Positions 27,201 through 39,200 of a stretch of 64,000 nucleotides of DNA are shown here, piece after piece (within the stretch, counting starts at the first letter, position 1; each line of letters begins with the position of its first letter). The position numbers and the translations under genes were made by a program. The stretch spans positions 829,329 through 893,328 of the forward strand of contig NMRA01000038.1 in the NCBI GenBank assembly GCA_002633005.1, given 5' to 3'. Below the pieces are notes generated by a model. It did not search any database, was not told the DNA's origin, and saw only the letters and a list, made by a program, of their open reading frames with translations. This stretch comes from Phoronis australis (lineage: Eukaryota; Animalia; Phoronida).

Positions 27201-30200
27201 AATGGATGACGATGATGTTCGGACGGATTTGACACCTATTTTCCGCCTTGTGGCAATTTTATTTATGCTTTAGCAAATAGGTTTCTGTTAAAAAGGCGTT
27301 GGCACCTTTTTGTTTTTAGATGGATTTGAGGTAGTGTATGCCTCCTAGTATATTTTAGTCTGTTTTCAGCGGCCAAAGTAGTCTAAGAATTGTTATGAAA
27401 ATTGGTAAATGTGTTCCTAGTGAGAAGAACATTATTAGCAAGTTTTGGCAGTTTGATTTGTGTGGCGCCCCCTAATGGCAATTTGCTTTTTACCGCATCC
27501 GCTGCTGTTTCTCCCTGCTGGATCTTTATTTGGCGAGTGTATTTCTATGAGTGTGACAGCAAATGACGACATTTGGTTGTATCTGACTACCACTGTGCCC
27601 CCAGTGCCATTTTTAATTTTTTACGGGCTTGGCAAGTATGTTGCTATTGAGGAGAGGATTGCTGACTTGGCAAGTGTGTTCCTATTGAGGAGAGGATTGC
27701 TGACTTGCTATGCATCCCTGGAGGCTATTTTGGGTTTACTAGCATTGCTCCATTAAGCGAGTCGCAATGTTTAAAATAGTAATACCCTTGTATGTGCGCT
27801 ATATGCGGTGCACACAGTGGGTTCATATCTACTCGCATCGTTGCTCTTGTGTAGTGATTTGTCAGTGCCCAAATTTATGCTATTGTTTGAGTTGATCAAT
27901 TTGCTAACTATTTAGGGTCATAACATATAAGTTGGTACTGACCAGTAAGAAACAAAAGTTAATAAGTGACTCGGAAATACGTATGTTTAAATACGCTTGT
28001 CTTATTATCCAAATCTCACACCGACAATGACATCACACCGACAATGACATCACACCGACAATGACATCACACCGACAATGACATCACACCGACAATGACA
28101 CCACACTGACAATTACATCAAGCAGTAGACGTATACATATTCCCGAGTCTGTTTTGTTGAGTTGTATCCTACCAGTTACTTATGCATGTATGCAAGTTTC
28201 ACAAAAGCACAGTTGCCTTGGCAACAAGCCTAAGACGCTAACAGTACACTTCTAAAGCAAAATTTTAGAATTAATATAAATAGCAAGTGACATTCACCAT
28301 ACCTTAGGAAAACTTACCATTTGCTTATGGCACAAATCGTGGCTGTGTTCCGTAGACAGAAGAAACTCGTGAAAACTAAAAATCACGCAAGTCTTTGAAT
28401 TTAAAGCGAAGTATATGATCACGCTTTATCTAGCTTTTATTGCAAATGTCTTATGTCTTCGTAACATCACCATGGGAGCTTGCTTGCGTTTTAGCCATCA
28501 CATGGTCTGCGCTGTTTCACTGCGAAATTCGACCGTTTATTAAGGGTGCCCTTTCTGTGACACTGCTATTCAAGATCATTTATCGCTGTGAATAAGGGGT
28601 AGAACAACTGCTTTCACTATGACAATGTAATCGTTCATTTTACTGTGTGTGTAATTGTTTTTGTCATGTCATGTTGTTTTTCATTTGACGTGTATATCTT
28701 TTGATTGAATGTGGTTGAAAGCCTGTTTTGTGCAGTTTTCTGTGGTACAAAGCCATCTGCATAAGGGTTGATTTGGTAATTATGTAATTATGTAGTCAGA
28801 TGTTACTAAGTATGAACCCCCGGTGTGCTGTTGCCCCTTAAGTCACAGATCGTAATAAGTAGGTCAAACTCAAAGCCTCCAATTTCAAACTGGAATAGGT
28901 CGAACAATGAGGCCAACTCTTTTAAAAGTGTTATGTTGTAAAACTAGTCGGAAAAACAAACTATCGTGCTGCTGTTAAATGTTCTCCAAAATATATTGCT
29001 CGTTACAGCAAGTTTTTAAAGACAGCAGTATATGTGGTTTTAAGTCTGACCTTAAATCGTTTGCAGACAAGATTCCATGTTTGGCAGATGAATTTTTTTT
29101 AGGCCATAGTCAATATTGTTCTTGAATTTCTAAGTTAACCAGACAAAAAAACCTGTGTTACCGTGTGCAAGGTGTTTTGTTGCTACTGTAAAAACTATAT
29201 CTTGGTGATGAAAATACATGAATGGTAAAAGCAGTGTTAAAGCAGATAAAACATAATTTTGCCAAGATTTTCAACTGTTGAGGAACTTTTGAAATTTTAT
29301 TTTTTCGTTGTATGCATGACGTACCATTCAGCTGCTACCAAACATTATTTGTTGTAAATTTGAGCCTTTACAGCCATGTAGAAAACCTGAAACATGAAAT
29401 TGTTGATTTTAACATCATTCTGCTCTTGTCTGAAGTTGATGAATTTTTATTGTTATCATTTTCAGTCGCAGCCAAAAATGCTCACTTATGATAGTTTCTT
29501 AACACACTGGTTTAATAATCTGGGAATCAATAATTTGTTATCGAGTTCAATACCAAAATGTCAGAATTGGCATTTTTTACACGTTCTGGGGAGAAAACGA
29601 TTAATGTGTATTCTTTGTTTCTATAGTGACGAATATGATGATGTCTTGGTGCTGAACAGTGATGAGGATGAAGAGGCCAAGGCAGAGTCACTACAGAAGA
29701 CGGCCAAACTTATGAAGCAATGGTCACGTCTGCATTCTTCAGAGGACGTGGAGAGCACTGACGAATCAGAGAGCGAGTATGAAACTGGGTCAGATGAAGA
29801 GGAAGAGGAGGAGGAGTCAGGTTGGTTTGATTGACATACTGAGGTCATCATGCAGCTTACTAGTGGAGAGGGAAAAAAAGGGAGAGGCGAAAAAGGAAGT
29901 GGGTGAGAGGGAAAGGGGGTAATGGAACAAGGGTGAGTGGGAAGACGGTCAGTATGGATTGAGAGTTGGTGGAGGTATGATTGATGTATTGAGGTCACCA
30001 TGATTCTAGGAGAGGTGCAGAGATAAAAAGGGAAGGAGGGAGGAGAAAGATGGGAGAGGGTGTGACAGAGAGAGGGTGGAGGTAGGTTGGTAGACAAAGC
30101 GGAAGGAGGAATTTTTGTAAAAGCTGATTTCTAGCACCACCGGTCAGCAGCGTTATACCAGAAGACAACAAAATAGTACTTCTGCAGTACATGCCAAAAA

Positions 30201-33200
30201 TATGCAGTCAAAGTGACCCGTAATTGCCGTCATGACGACTGGTCACAAGCCAAATTCATCGTTAAGGTAATTTTATCTCGTGACCCAGTATTAATTGAAC
30301 TTTACAGGAAAGTGAGTAAGGTGGCTAAACCACGCTGTAATTTTAATTTTTCCGCCCTAATTGTTATTATCGTTGTTTTTTTGTTGTCAACAGCATTAGC
30401 CGTCATAGTGGGGGAAACTGTATTTTTTCTAATTACTTTTGTCTCTTCCTGTATGTGATTAGCTAATTACACCACCACACACAAAGTTTGTTTACATTAA
30501 AAACCAACATAGGATTGCAATATGCGTTTGCTTTTTAGATGATGGTGAACTTGATGAACCCGCTGAGGATGAAGATGACGAGGTTGTTGAACCAAAGCTT
30601 CAGAGGACGAAGGAAGGTACAGAAGAAGTGAAGCACAAGCCAGCTCTGGAAGAGAAGTCTGAGCCGAAGCCAAGGCCTGAGGAAACACGACCTCGCTCTG
30701 AAGTGATCTCTCCGTCAACGCAACAGATACAGCGCAACAGGATGAATTTCTTTATGCAGGTGGGATTATCATTGGCCTTTTGACTTTGAGGTAGATGGTA
30801 ACTTGGAAACATTGATGTAGCACTCGCCATAATGAAAGTTTTATGTTTTAGATTGATGGACTGGTAACAGATTGTTTTTTTATTAAACATCAAGTTGGTG
30901 CTAAGGTATTTTTATTTGCTCTGTTTGTTACAAAAGGAAATCAGAAGAGATGAAACAGTAGCAGGATTTGCTTTTTTCAGCACTTGCAAATCATGGTGTT
31001 TCTAACCTTTTTAAAATGCTTTTTGTACAGCTTTTCAAAAAAAGACCGTAGCTGAAACTGGTGTGAGTTTTTCTATAGTCCGCGAGCACAGCTCTCAAAA
31101 TGAGTTGGGGGTAGAGACCAGACTCGACTATGTTTTTGGACTAATGCATACCTTATAATTGGTAATTCACATGTTTAAAAAACATTAATAAATAAATATA
31201 TATAGTAAACCAATGTGTACCAGTTGGAGAATTATCCCATGACTGTTGATTAACTTTTATTTCATAAATGCTCTTGGCCTTTCAGGCACCTGAGCCAGTC
31301 AGAATCGACCCGAGAGCTTTCTTTGGTTTTGACCGACATCCATCAAAGCTAACTAAAGAGAAGACTCCAGAAAAGGTTGTGAACATTGAGATTGATAAAA
31401 AACAGGAAGTGAAGTCATCTGATACTGAGGTCAAAGAGCAAGATGATGATGATGAGACAGGCTCCCGGGTAGAGCAGATGACGGAAGTCGGTGAAGAGGC
31501 AGATGGCACTGACGAGTCATATTTTGAGACTGAAGACGGTATTATTTTTGAAAAAGAGTCAGATTTTCATGAAACTGAAAAAGAGATTGTGAAACATCCT
31601 CAAATAGCCATTGTAGAAAGTGATTTGATTGACTCCAAAAAGAATTCCAAAAGCTCGAGTGAGGAACTGGCAATAGATGATTTCTTTGTGACTTCAAGGC
31701 GCTCCCGTCAAAAAAGTGCCAACCAACCGAATAGGAACTCCGGTTCCAGTTTCACGATCTCAACTCCTACGGAATCGGTAAAGTCATTTGCCAGCTCTGT
31801 GGATTCGAACAACGGTCAGGACAAAGAGTCTGAGAGTTGTACATCAAATGACAAAACGCCAAACAATAATACAAATGCTAGGTTCTCAGAGATCTCAGAG
31901 GGGCTGAGCGAAAAGTTTATGGACTATATGGCAGATCGAGATATCCACTTAGTGTCGGATGGTTCTCATGCTGATAAGTCTAAGTGTATTTCAATGGACA
32001 GTGATGCTGTTGAAAGTTCTCGGACCACTTCATTAGAAATGGATGAAGAAATGAGATTAGATGCATTGAGTCGCTCTCATGCTGATGTAGGTAGGAATAA
32101 TGAGTCGATGGATGATACGTTAGACCGAATGGTGGACGTCAATGCCATGATACTGGGCTCGGATATCGATACGGAACTGTCTACCGTTACACGTAGCTCT
32201 GTGAGTTCTCAGGATGACAGTGTGTATGAAACACCAAAAGGAACAAATGACAACAAAGAAAATTGTGGTGATATTAGACGCCCAGACAGTTTGGCCTTGG
32301 ATAGAAAAACATCAAGAGATCTAGAAGTTGCTGTTGATTCTCCAACAGAGAATGAGAATGTGGGTCAAAATCTAAAGCGTAAGATATCCGTCGACGTGTC
32401 AGCACTTGAACTCAGTCAGGAGAGTCAGGCTTTGACGGAGATGAAGAAAACTGTCAGCGTAGACCCAGAGTTACTTCTTATGGACAACGTGTTTAAAACT
32501 CCTAGTCCCGTCGATGAGAATCAGCCAGAGCTAGCTGCCGTCTCTAGTACTGAAAGTCCGGTGGTTTCTAGTCAAGAGCAATTTTTCACTCCGATGACAT
32601 CAGTCAAAACACGCAAGGATAAGCCAATTGTTGACACCCCCATGGTGCGTGACACGAAGCCAGCGAAAAAGAGGCTTTTGCCTACTCTTCCTTTTGAGGC
32701 CATGTCAAGTGACCGAATACGGGGACAGGTTCTTGAAAAGGTCGGTCTTGGCAATACTAAAAACGTTGGCTTAGCTATCGAGTCGAATAATGTCAGTGGT
32801 CCAGAGGTATGTGTTGATCAGGATTCGAATAAAACTGAGAAAATGAAGACTTCAAATAAACACCAACCGATGGATGTTGATCCTGCTTCGATTAAAGAGG
32901 TGGAGACAATGGACACTGAGGTGTCACCTGATACGGTTGGTATCGCTGTCAGGGATGCAGAACTGATGTCGGCTGCTGTCACGGATACACCAGAGCTGGC
33001 AGCTGAAAAACCTCAGAAAATGGAAACAAATATTAATACTCCCGATGGAGATGTCGACACTCCCATGAAAGCTCTTGGTATCCTGCGGAAGGATACTCCA
33101 GAGATGGCAGTGAAGAGAGGGCGACTGCCGATGGAAGAAACGATAGACGTCAACCGCTCACTTGATACACCAACGAAAGAGTTCAACGCAAGCACTGCTG

Positions 33201-36200
33201 CAAGAAGGAAGGACTTCTTCAATAAAGTGACGGTTCCTGTGCGTATTGACCCCAATTCTGTGATAACAGGCCAGAAGAGTGAAAAGGCTGAGGAGAAAGC
33301 AGACGTGAATCTGAAGGAAGGGGAGACAATTGAGGAGTTTCCATTTGCTGATGAAAGCAGCCCAGATAAGACTCCTTTGGGTGGCAATGCTGAAGTGAAG
33401 ATGATTCAGGAAAGTTTTGAGGATATATCTGGAGTGAGTCATGATGAAGCAATGACTGGAAATGAGGAGAAAGTTTGTGATGTCAGCCAGTCACCAGCTC
33501 TTCCAGTGGCCGATGACCCCCCATCTGCTGAGAAGAAGGACAAAAAGGGCAAATTCAAGAAGAACAAGGACAAGAAAGAGAAAAGTAAATCCAAATCACC
33601 TGATCCTGGAGAGGGCACTAGTTGTGATATTGACAAGAAAGAGAAACGAAAGTCTTGGTTTGCCATGCTACTGTCTTCCAAGTCCAAGGACAAGAAAATG
33701 TCCGATTCCGTTGAGAAGGATGATGCAGCTGATTCCAAATCCCCATCAACGTCTGTTGAAACTGATGCAAAGAAAATCAGCAGTTCCAAACCTGAAAATG
33801 AAACTCCAACTATAACTAAGGATAAGAAAAGTAAAACGCCAAAGTCTAAAGAGAAGAAGAAGGATAAGAAGAAAGGAAAAGACAAAGCTACAGCTAATGA
33901 GGAGAGCATCGCGGAGAAGGTGAAAGAGTTGCGTCTACATGAGCGTCCTCTATCAATGACGTCAGAGGAAGATCGCCAACGTGTCACAGCTCATGTCAAG
34001 TCGATGACCAGAAGGGCCCCCAAAGCATCTGGTATGTTTTATTTGTCCATGCTGTAACAGAACTTTATAATTTTGTTTATTTTCTTGAGTTCTCTCATTT
34101 TTAAATCAAAATCGTGAATAATGATTGTGGCATTCTAGTAGCGTTTGATAATTGTGGCAATGTGGCTAATTGTCAAAACATGGTACATGTCGTCCATCGA
34201 ATGCTTTTAAGATTTTAGATTTTATACTCAGTTCTCATATACCATGTATTTGCTAAGTAAATGGTGTCTTGTCTGTTGCAGAGGATGATTTCACAGAGAC
34301 CGACAGCGACTTGAACGAGGTCGATAAGGAAGAGGTAATATTAACCATCATCAATGTTTCAAGTTCGCTTAATGTTGCAAGCAAACTGTGCGAGTGGATT
34401 GATTTTTGTTGTGTGAATATCAACTTGGATGTGTCGGTTTATTAGTTCTTATTCACTGGTGTCTTCACGTGTTGCAAGCCAATAGGCCGAGTTGGGGTGT
34501 TGTGAAATAGGTTAGGATTGGTGTTGATACCTGAGCTTACACAGGGATTTGTTTGAATTTCAATGTTGTAATGCACAGATGTATAAAGTTTGAGCTCAGT
34601 GTTATTGAAAGATTTCGCCTGTGCTTGAACTGCTCTTCTAGAATAATTTCAGTGTTAGTTGTCTGTATTTTCCTGTAATTTTTGTTTGTATTTCCTTACA
34701 TGCTATGTTTAGAACTTTGATCTTATGTGCGTATTGATAACGTGGACAGCTTATTGTAATCTACGCTTTGCCGAGTTTCTTGCTGTGAGTTTGTGACATT
34801 ATAGCACATTTTCAACAATAATTAAATTCTACACAGACGCAACGAGAAATGTTTTACCGTGGGACTTTGTTTTTTCAATTTTTTTTTCGCTGGTGATATA
34901 GTCCTCATCAATATCTAAAAATGCCTGAAAACAATTTGACAGGAGGTCACATTGGAATTAGGGTAAAAATAGAAACTTAAGGCTGCATATTACTGTGTTT
35001 AGCTGGCTATAACCAAAAATTGCATTTTTTACTCTCATAAAATCAATAAGAACAGTGAAGTCACAAGAAAATGCTTCAGAGTTTGTTGGTGTTAGCCAAT
35101 CCTAAAATTTTGAATTCGATAGTGTGTATTGCCTGTTACCTGAGTACCTGAGTTGGTGGCTCATTCGACAACATTTCAAGGTCAGATGACCATGGTAATA
35201 TTTTTAAATGCCAAAGTGCTTTGGTTAGATATTCATCATTGGCAGCTAAACAGGAGCGAAATGCCCGTTCAGTGATTATTCTCTCTTGGAAGAATGTACT
35301 TATAAATGCATGTATGGCACCTGCTTGTCAGGAATGGCAAGGCCTGTGGCCTGAAGGTGGCTCTGTTGTCTGGGGGTGCTTTCTCCAAAGCTCAGTTTTT
35401 GCGAGATGGTGCAAGATCAAGCATGTCCAGTGCAAACTTTCACTAGTTTTTGGCATCCTGAAATGTATGTCATCTAATCAAAATGGCCACCAGTGCAAAG
35501 TAATTGCTTAGCTATGCGGTCTATTGCCTTATGTGAATTAGACTACCGAATTTGTTATCTTTGTATATGCATCCTTGTAAATTAGTTTTTCTCATAGTGG
35601 CTGTGGAATTTAATAATGGTTATGTGTTATTTCCAACCCGATGAAGCTATTCCACTCTAGTGCATTTGTGTTGTACAAACTGTGACTCACCTCACCATTC
35701 AGGACCGCAAAGCCTTCCTACAGCGGAAACTGACCAGACGGCTTGCTCGGCGAATGAAAAGCGACGAGGGCACGAGAGAGCAAATCGCGCGACAGCTTTC
35801 TCAGCGACTCCAAACGGTACATGCATCGTGGCATGGTGCCTCGGGTTCTGTCTCTCTCTTTGTCACGCACATTCATAATCTAACTTATATAGCCAGTCTG
35901 TCCCGTCGGCTCGAGAGCACATTATAATGTTAACCTGTTGACCTAGTTTGGGTCGGGGTAGCTAACGTGTGTAGTCGTTGCAAAATGACATCACACTTGT
36001 CAAGTGAACGTTTTATTTACAAAAAGGAAGGTGTTGAATCACATTTTAATGTTGCCTGATTTAAAAATGAAATTTGATTTAAGTGAAACGCTTTCATTCT
36101 CAGGATTTTGGTCGACCAGATTTGTATTTTCTAAATTAAATCGTAACATATTAAACAAACAGGCTAAAAAAAGGCTCCTGTTCAATTGTTTCCAAATGCT

Positions 36201-39200
36201 ATAAATGTTTGCACGCAACTGTAGGACTAGCATTTGTTAACAAGGCTAGATAACCATACTAGGTTAACTTTGCTTGTAATCCTTTATGCTTTCTGTACGC
36301 GCGCTTGTGTGTGTGATTTAAGCTAGCTTCGTCGCTTGTAACTGACTACCACGAACACTCATATTTACAGCTTGATATTTTCCCGGTGTGGATACGACGC
36401 AACTCGCCTCTTTATCAGCTGTACTTGCTTAGTAGGCAAACACCACCTGTATGTATGTTATAGTGACAAAGACCTGCTTCCTTCCTGGGGGGTGTAGCTC
36501 TGTTGTATGCCATTGTGCAATATCATACCTCCAGAAAATCAAATAGAGTCGTAGTCCAAATGTTTTTCAACTACTGTACACTAAAATTTTTTCAATTTGT
36601 GACTGTTGAATTCACCATTTTTTCGTTTTAGGACATAGTATGAGTGATTCCAAATGTTTTTCAAGTGCAGCAAAATGTCTTCAGTTTGATCCTAAAACTG
36701 TGACTGAATTTGTCATGTTTCTGTTTTCCAACTCTTGCTCATGGCGTTGTTGCAAATGTTCTAACTTTTACCTAATGTTGTTCAGTGACAGCTGAACTGT
36801 GGACAACAAGCAAACAACAATGTAAAATTTTCTTAGAAGTTAGTGTTAATGAAACATTTGACTAAATTGAATTATTCCACTCATCCAAACTTGATAAAAA
36901 TTAATTTCCACTGTTCAACCTTGTTTTGTTGTATATTAAGCTGTAAAATTTCTCCTCTAATTGCTCTTCTTACTTTGCTAGAAGTGCATATATTATGTTA
37001 ATTGAACAAAGCTGTAAAGATGTCGATATGTTCTACCAAAAACAACATAGCAATGCCCCCATTTACCATTAGATAGCCTTTCTTTTTGTATTAACTTGAT
37101 GTCATCAATTGTAGTGGGGGACTCTTTACGCCTTGAAATTCACTTACTTGAAGTTCAGTTCTAAGACGATGGCGGTACTGGGAAAGAGGCTCGTATGTGG
37201 CTAGTGGTTTTTGTTTAAGATGGGAAACATAGTGCTATCAACTGAGAACTAGCTTTCTAGTAACTGAAGTTCAAAATATCTTGGAACCTAGCGAAGAGTC
37301 TTTCAACCCTTTTCACTTCAGTGATCATTGTAATGCCCCTGAATGTTCATAATCTTGTTGCTGACTTTCTAGCATTTGTCAATATCTTAGCGGACACTTA
37401 TGGTAGATGGTTGAGCGAATGTTTTAACAACTTAACTGAATTTCCCTGTATGGCAATGCGGTAATTCTCCACTTATTTCGCACACTCAACTCATTTCAAA
37501 CACCCAAAGTTATTTGTGAAAATAATATTTCGTCCCTCACTTATTTCGCGTGGTAGAAATCTCTTGTCGCACCCATTCCGCACACAGTCAGTTTTGCACT
37601 TCGAAAAGTCGTTAATTCTAGTAATAAACATCTCTTAAACTATTAGTAAGGCCTGAACATAGTATATTGACCACTTAATTCATCTATTCATATGGGATTC
37701 TCAAGCTATTATAATCATTAGATTAAAGAGAGGAGAGCATTAGTATGAATGCCCAGTCTCTAAGATCGTAACTCAAAAGAGTGTTTCAACAATAATGGGG
37801 TCTAAAGAACTTATAATATTGGAATAACATAAAGTAACTGAATCAGACCCCATTGCCAACACGTAGGCTGCATTTGTTAAATTCACACACGGCAGTAAGT
37901 GATGCTTGGTTACTCAGTTAATTTTACACACCTGTTAACTAAACTACGACATCTTAATATTCACTTTATTTGGTACGACCTGACTATCAGAACAATATAT
38001 TTACTTTGTGCAAAATAAGTGGGGAATTGCCGTAATACTTTGTGGAGATATCACCTTCTTTCGTTCATACTGACTGCTCTTCTATTCTCGTACTAGCTCT
38101 TAACTCATCATCTGGCGTTTCAGGATTAGGAGTGGCAGTAAATCTCTAGGAACTAGGTGTCACATTTCCAGGTATAGGCTGTTGGCTTGCGTGTCGTCAA
38201 CTGCTTTGGCACCTCACAACTCACCCGATGATGGTGTCGTCACGGTTATTAAGGCTTATGACATGCTTGTCACCACTGATAAAATGTTGCAGATTCATGT
38301 CACGAACGGATGTTTTTTTATAAAATAAGCAAATGCAAAGCTTATTGTCTTGTGAAAAATGAACAAGCTTTGCCAAGCACACAAAGCTTTTAATGGTGTG
38401 AATTCTCCTTTACATCAAACGCTTTGCTAGTAATGGGGACGATGACATGTGCACATGTTGATAATGACCACGTTTAGAAGATTCGTTGTTTAATATATTT
38501 GCATATCAGGCATTAGCAGAGATTGAGTTTTTCGAAAGTGACTCCCATGGACATATTATGGAGATTTTTTGTTACCCAAAACTCATTAAGTTTCATTTTC
38601 TCTTCATGTCTTTCCTAACTTATCTTTCACAATCACGTGACTGCTTTACATACCTGCTGTTTCCATGGATTTACCAGCTATGGTGTTTTCCTATGGATAT
38701 TGATAAAAAATCATTCTTCCCATAATCAGCTGTTAGTTAATCAAGTTAAAGCCACAACACCCTCAACATCATTAGTCAGTGGCTCCACCTGGAGTTCAAT
38801 GCGTACTATTACTTCCCTTGCACAATCAAATTCATTTTGTATATCACTTGGTGGTCGGGCTCAAATGCTGTTGCCTGGACATCAAAAATTACGTAGAAGT
38901 CCTGTTTTGTGCCTTTATGTGCACATATATGCTCTGCTGTCAAACTTTTCACTGCCACTTATATTTGCTGTCTCTGTTCAGATTATTTTCCAGTTTAAAC
39001 GCCTCCTCATCGTAAGTTCCGTGGTTTTCTGTCCATTATTGATAACCATATTTAACTGTTCTGCTGTCCGTTATTTGTTATTAAATCAAACTAATATGAT
39101 AATTGTTATTTGATTGGCCATCTTATGTTCATTTCTAACCTGCTCATAATTTATATTAACTTAACATTGCGTTACCTGCTGTTGGTACAAAGTATAATTA

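Noticed and set aside
29860-30110. Purine/G-rich tract after exon 18 with a 158-aa antisense ORF
   Set aside because: Low-complexity intron sequence; the ORF is compositional and the G-runs are irregular
33013-33987. Antisense ORFs of 94-182 aa
   Set aside because: Shadow ORFs of the low-complexity MICAL exon 20
38123-38171. AG...GT-bounded segment as a possible extra MICAL exon
   Set aside because: TAG stop in the required phase-0 frame
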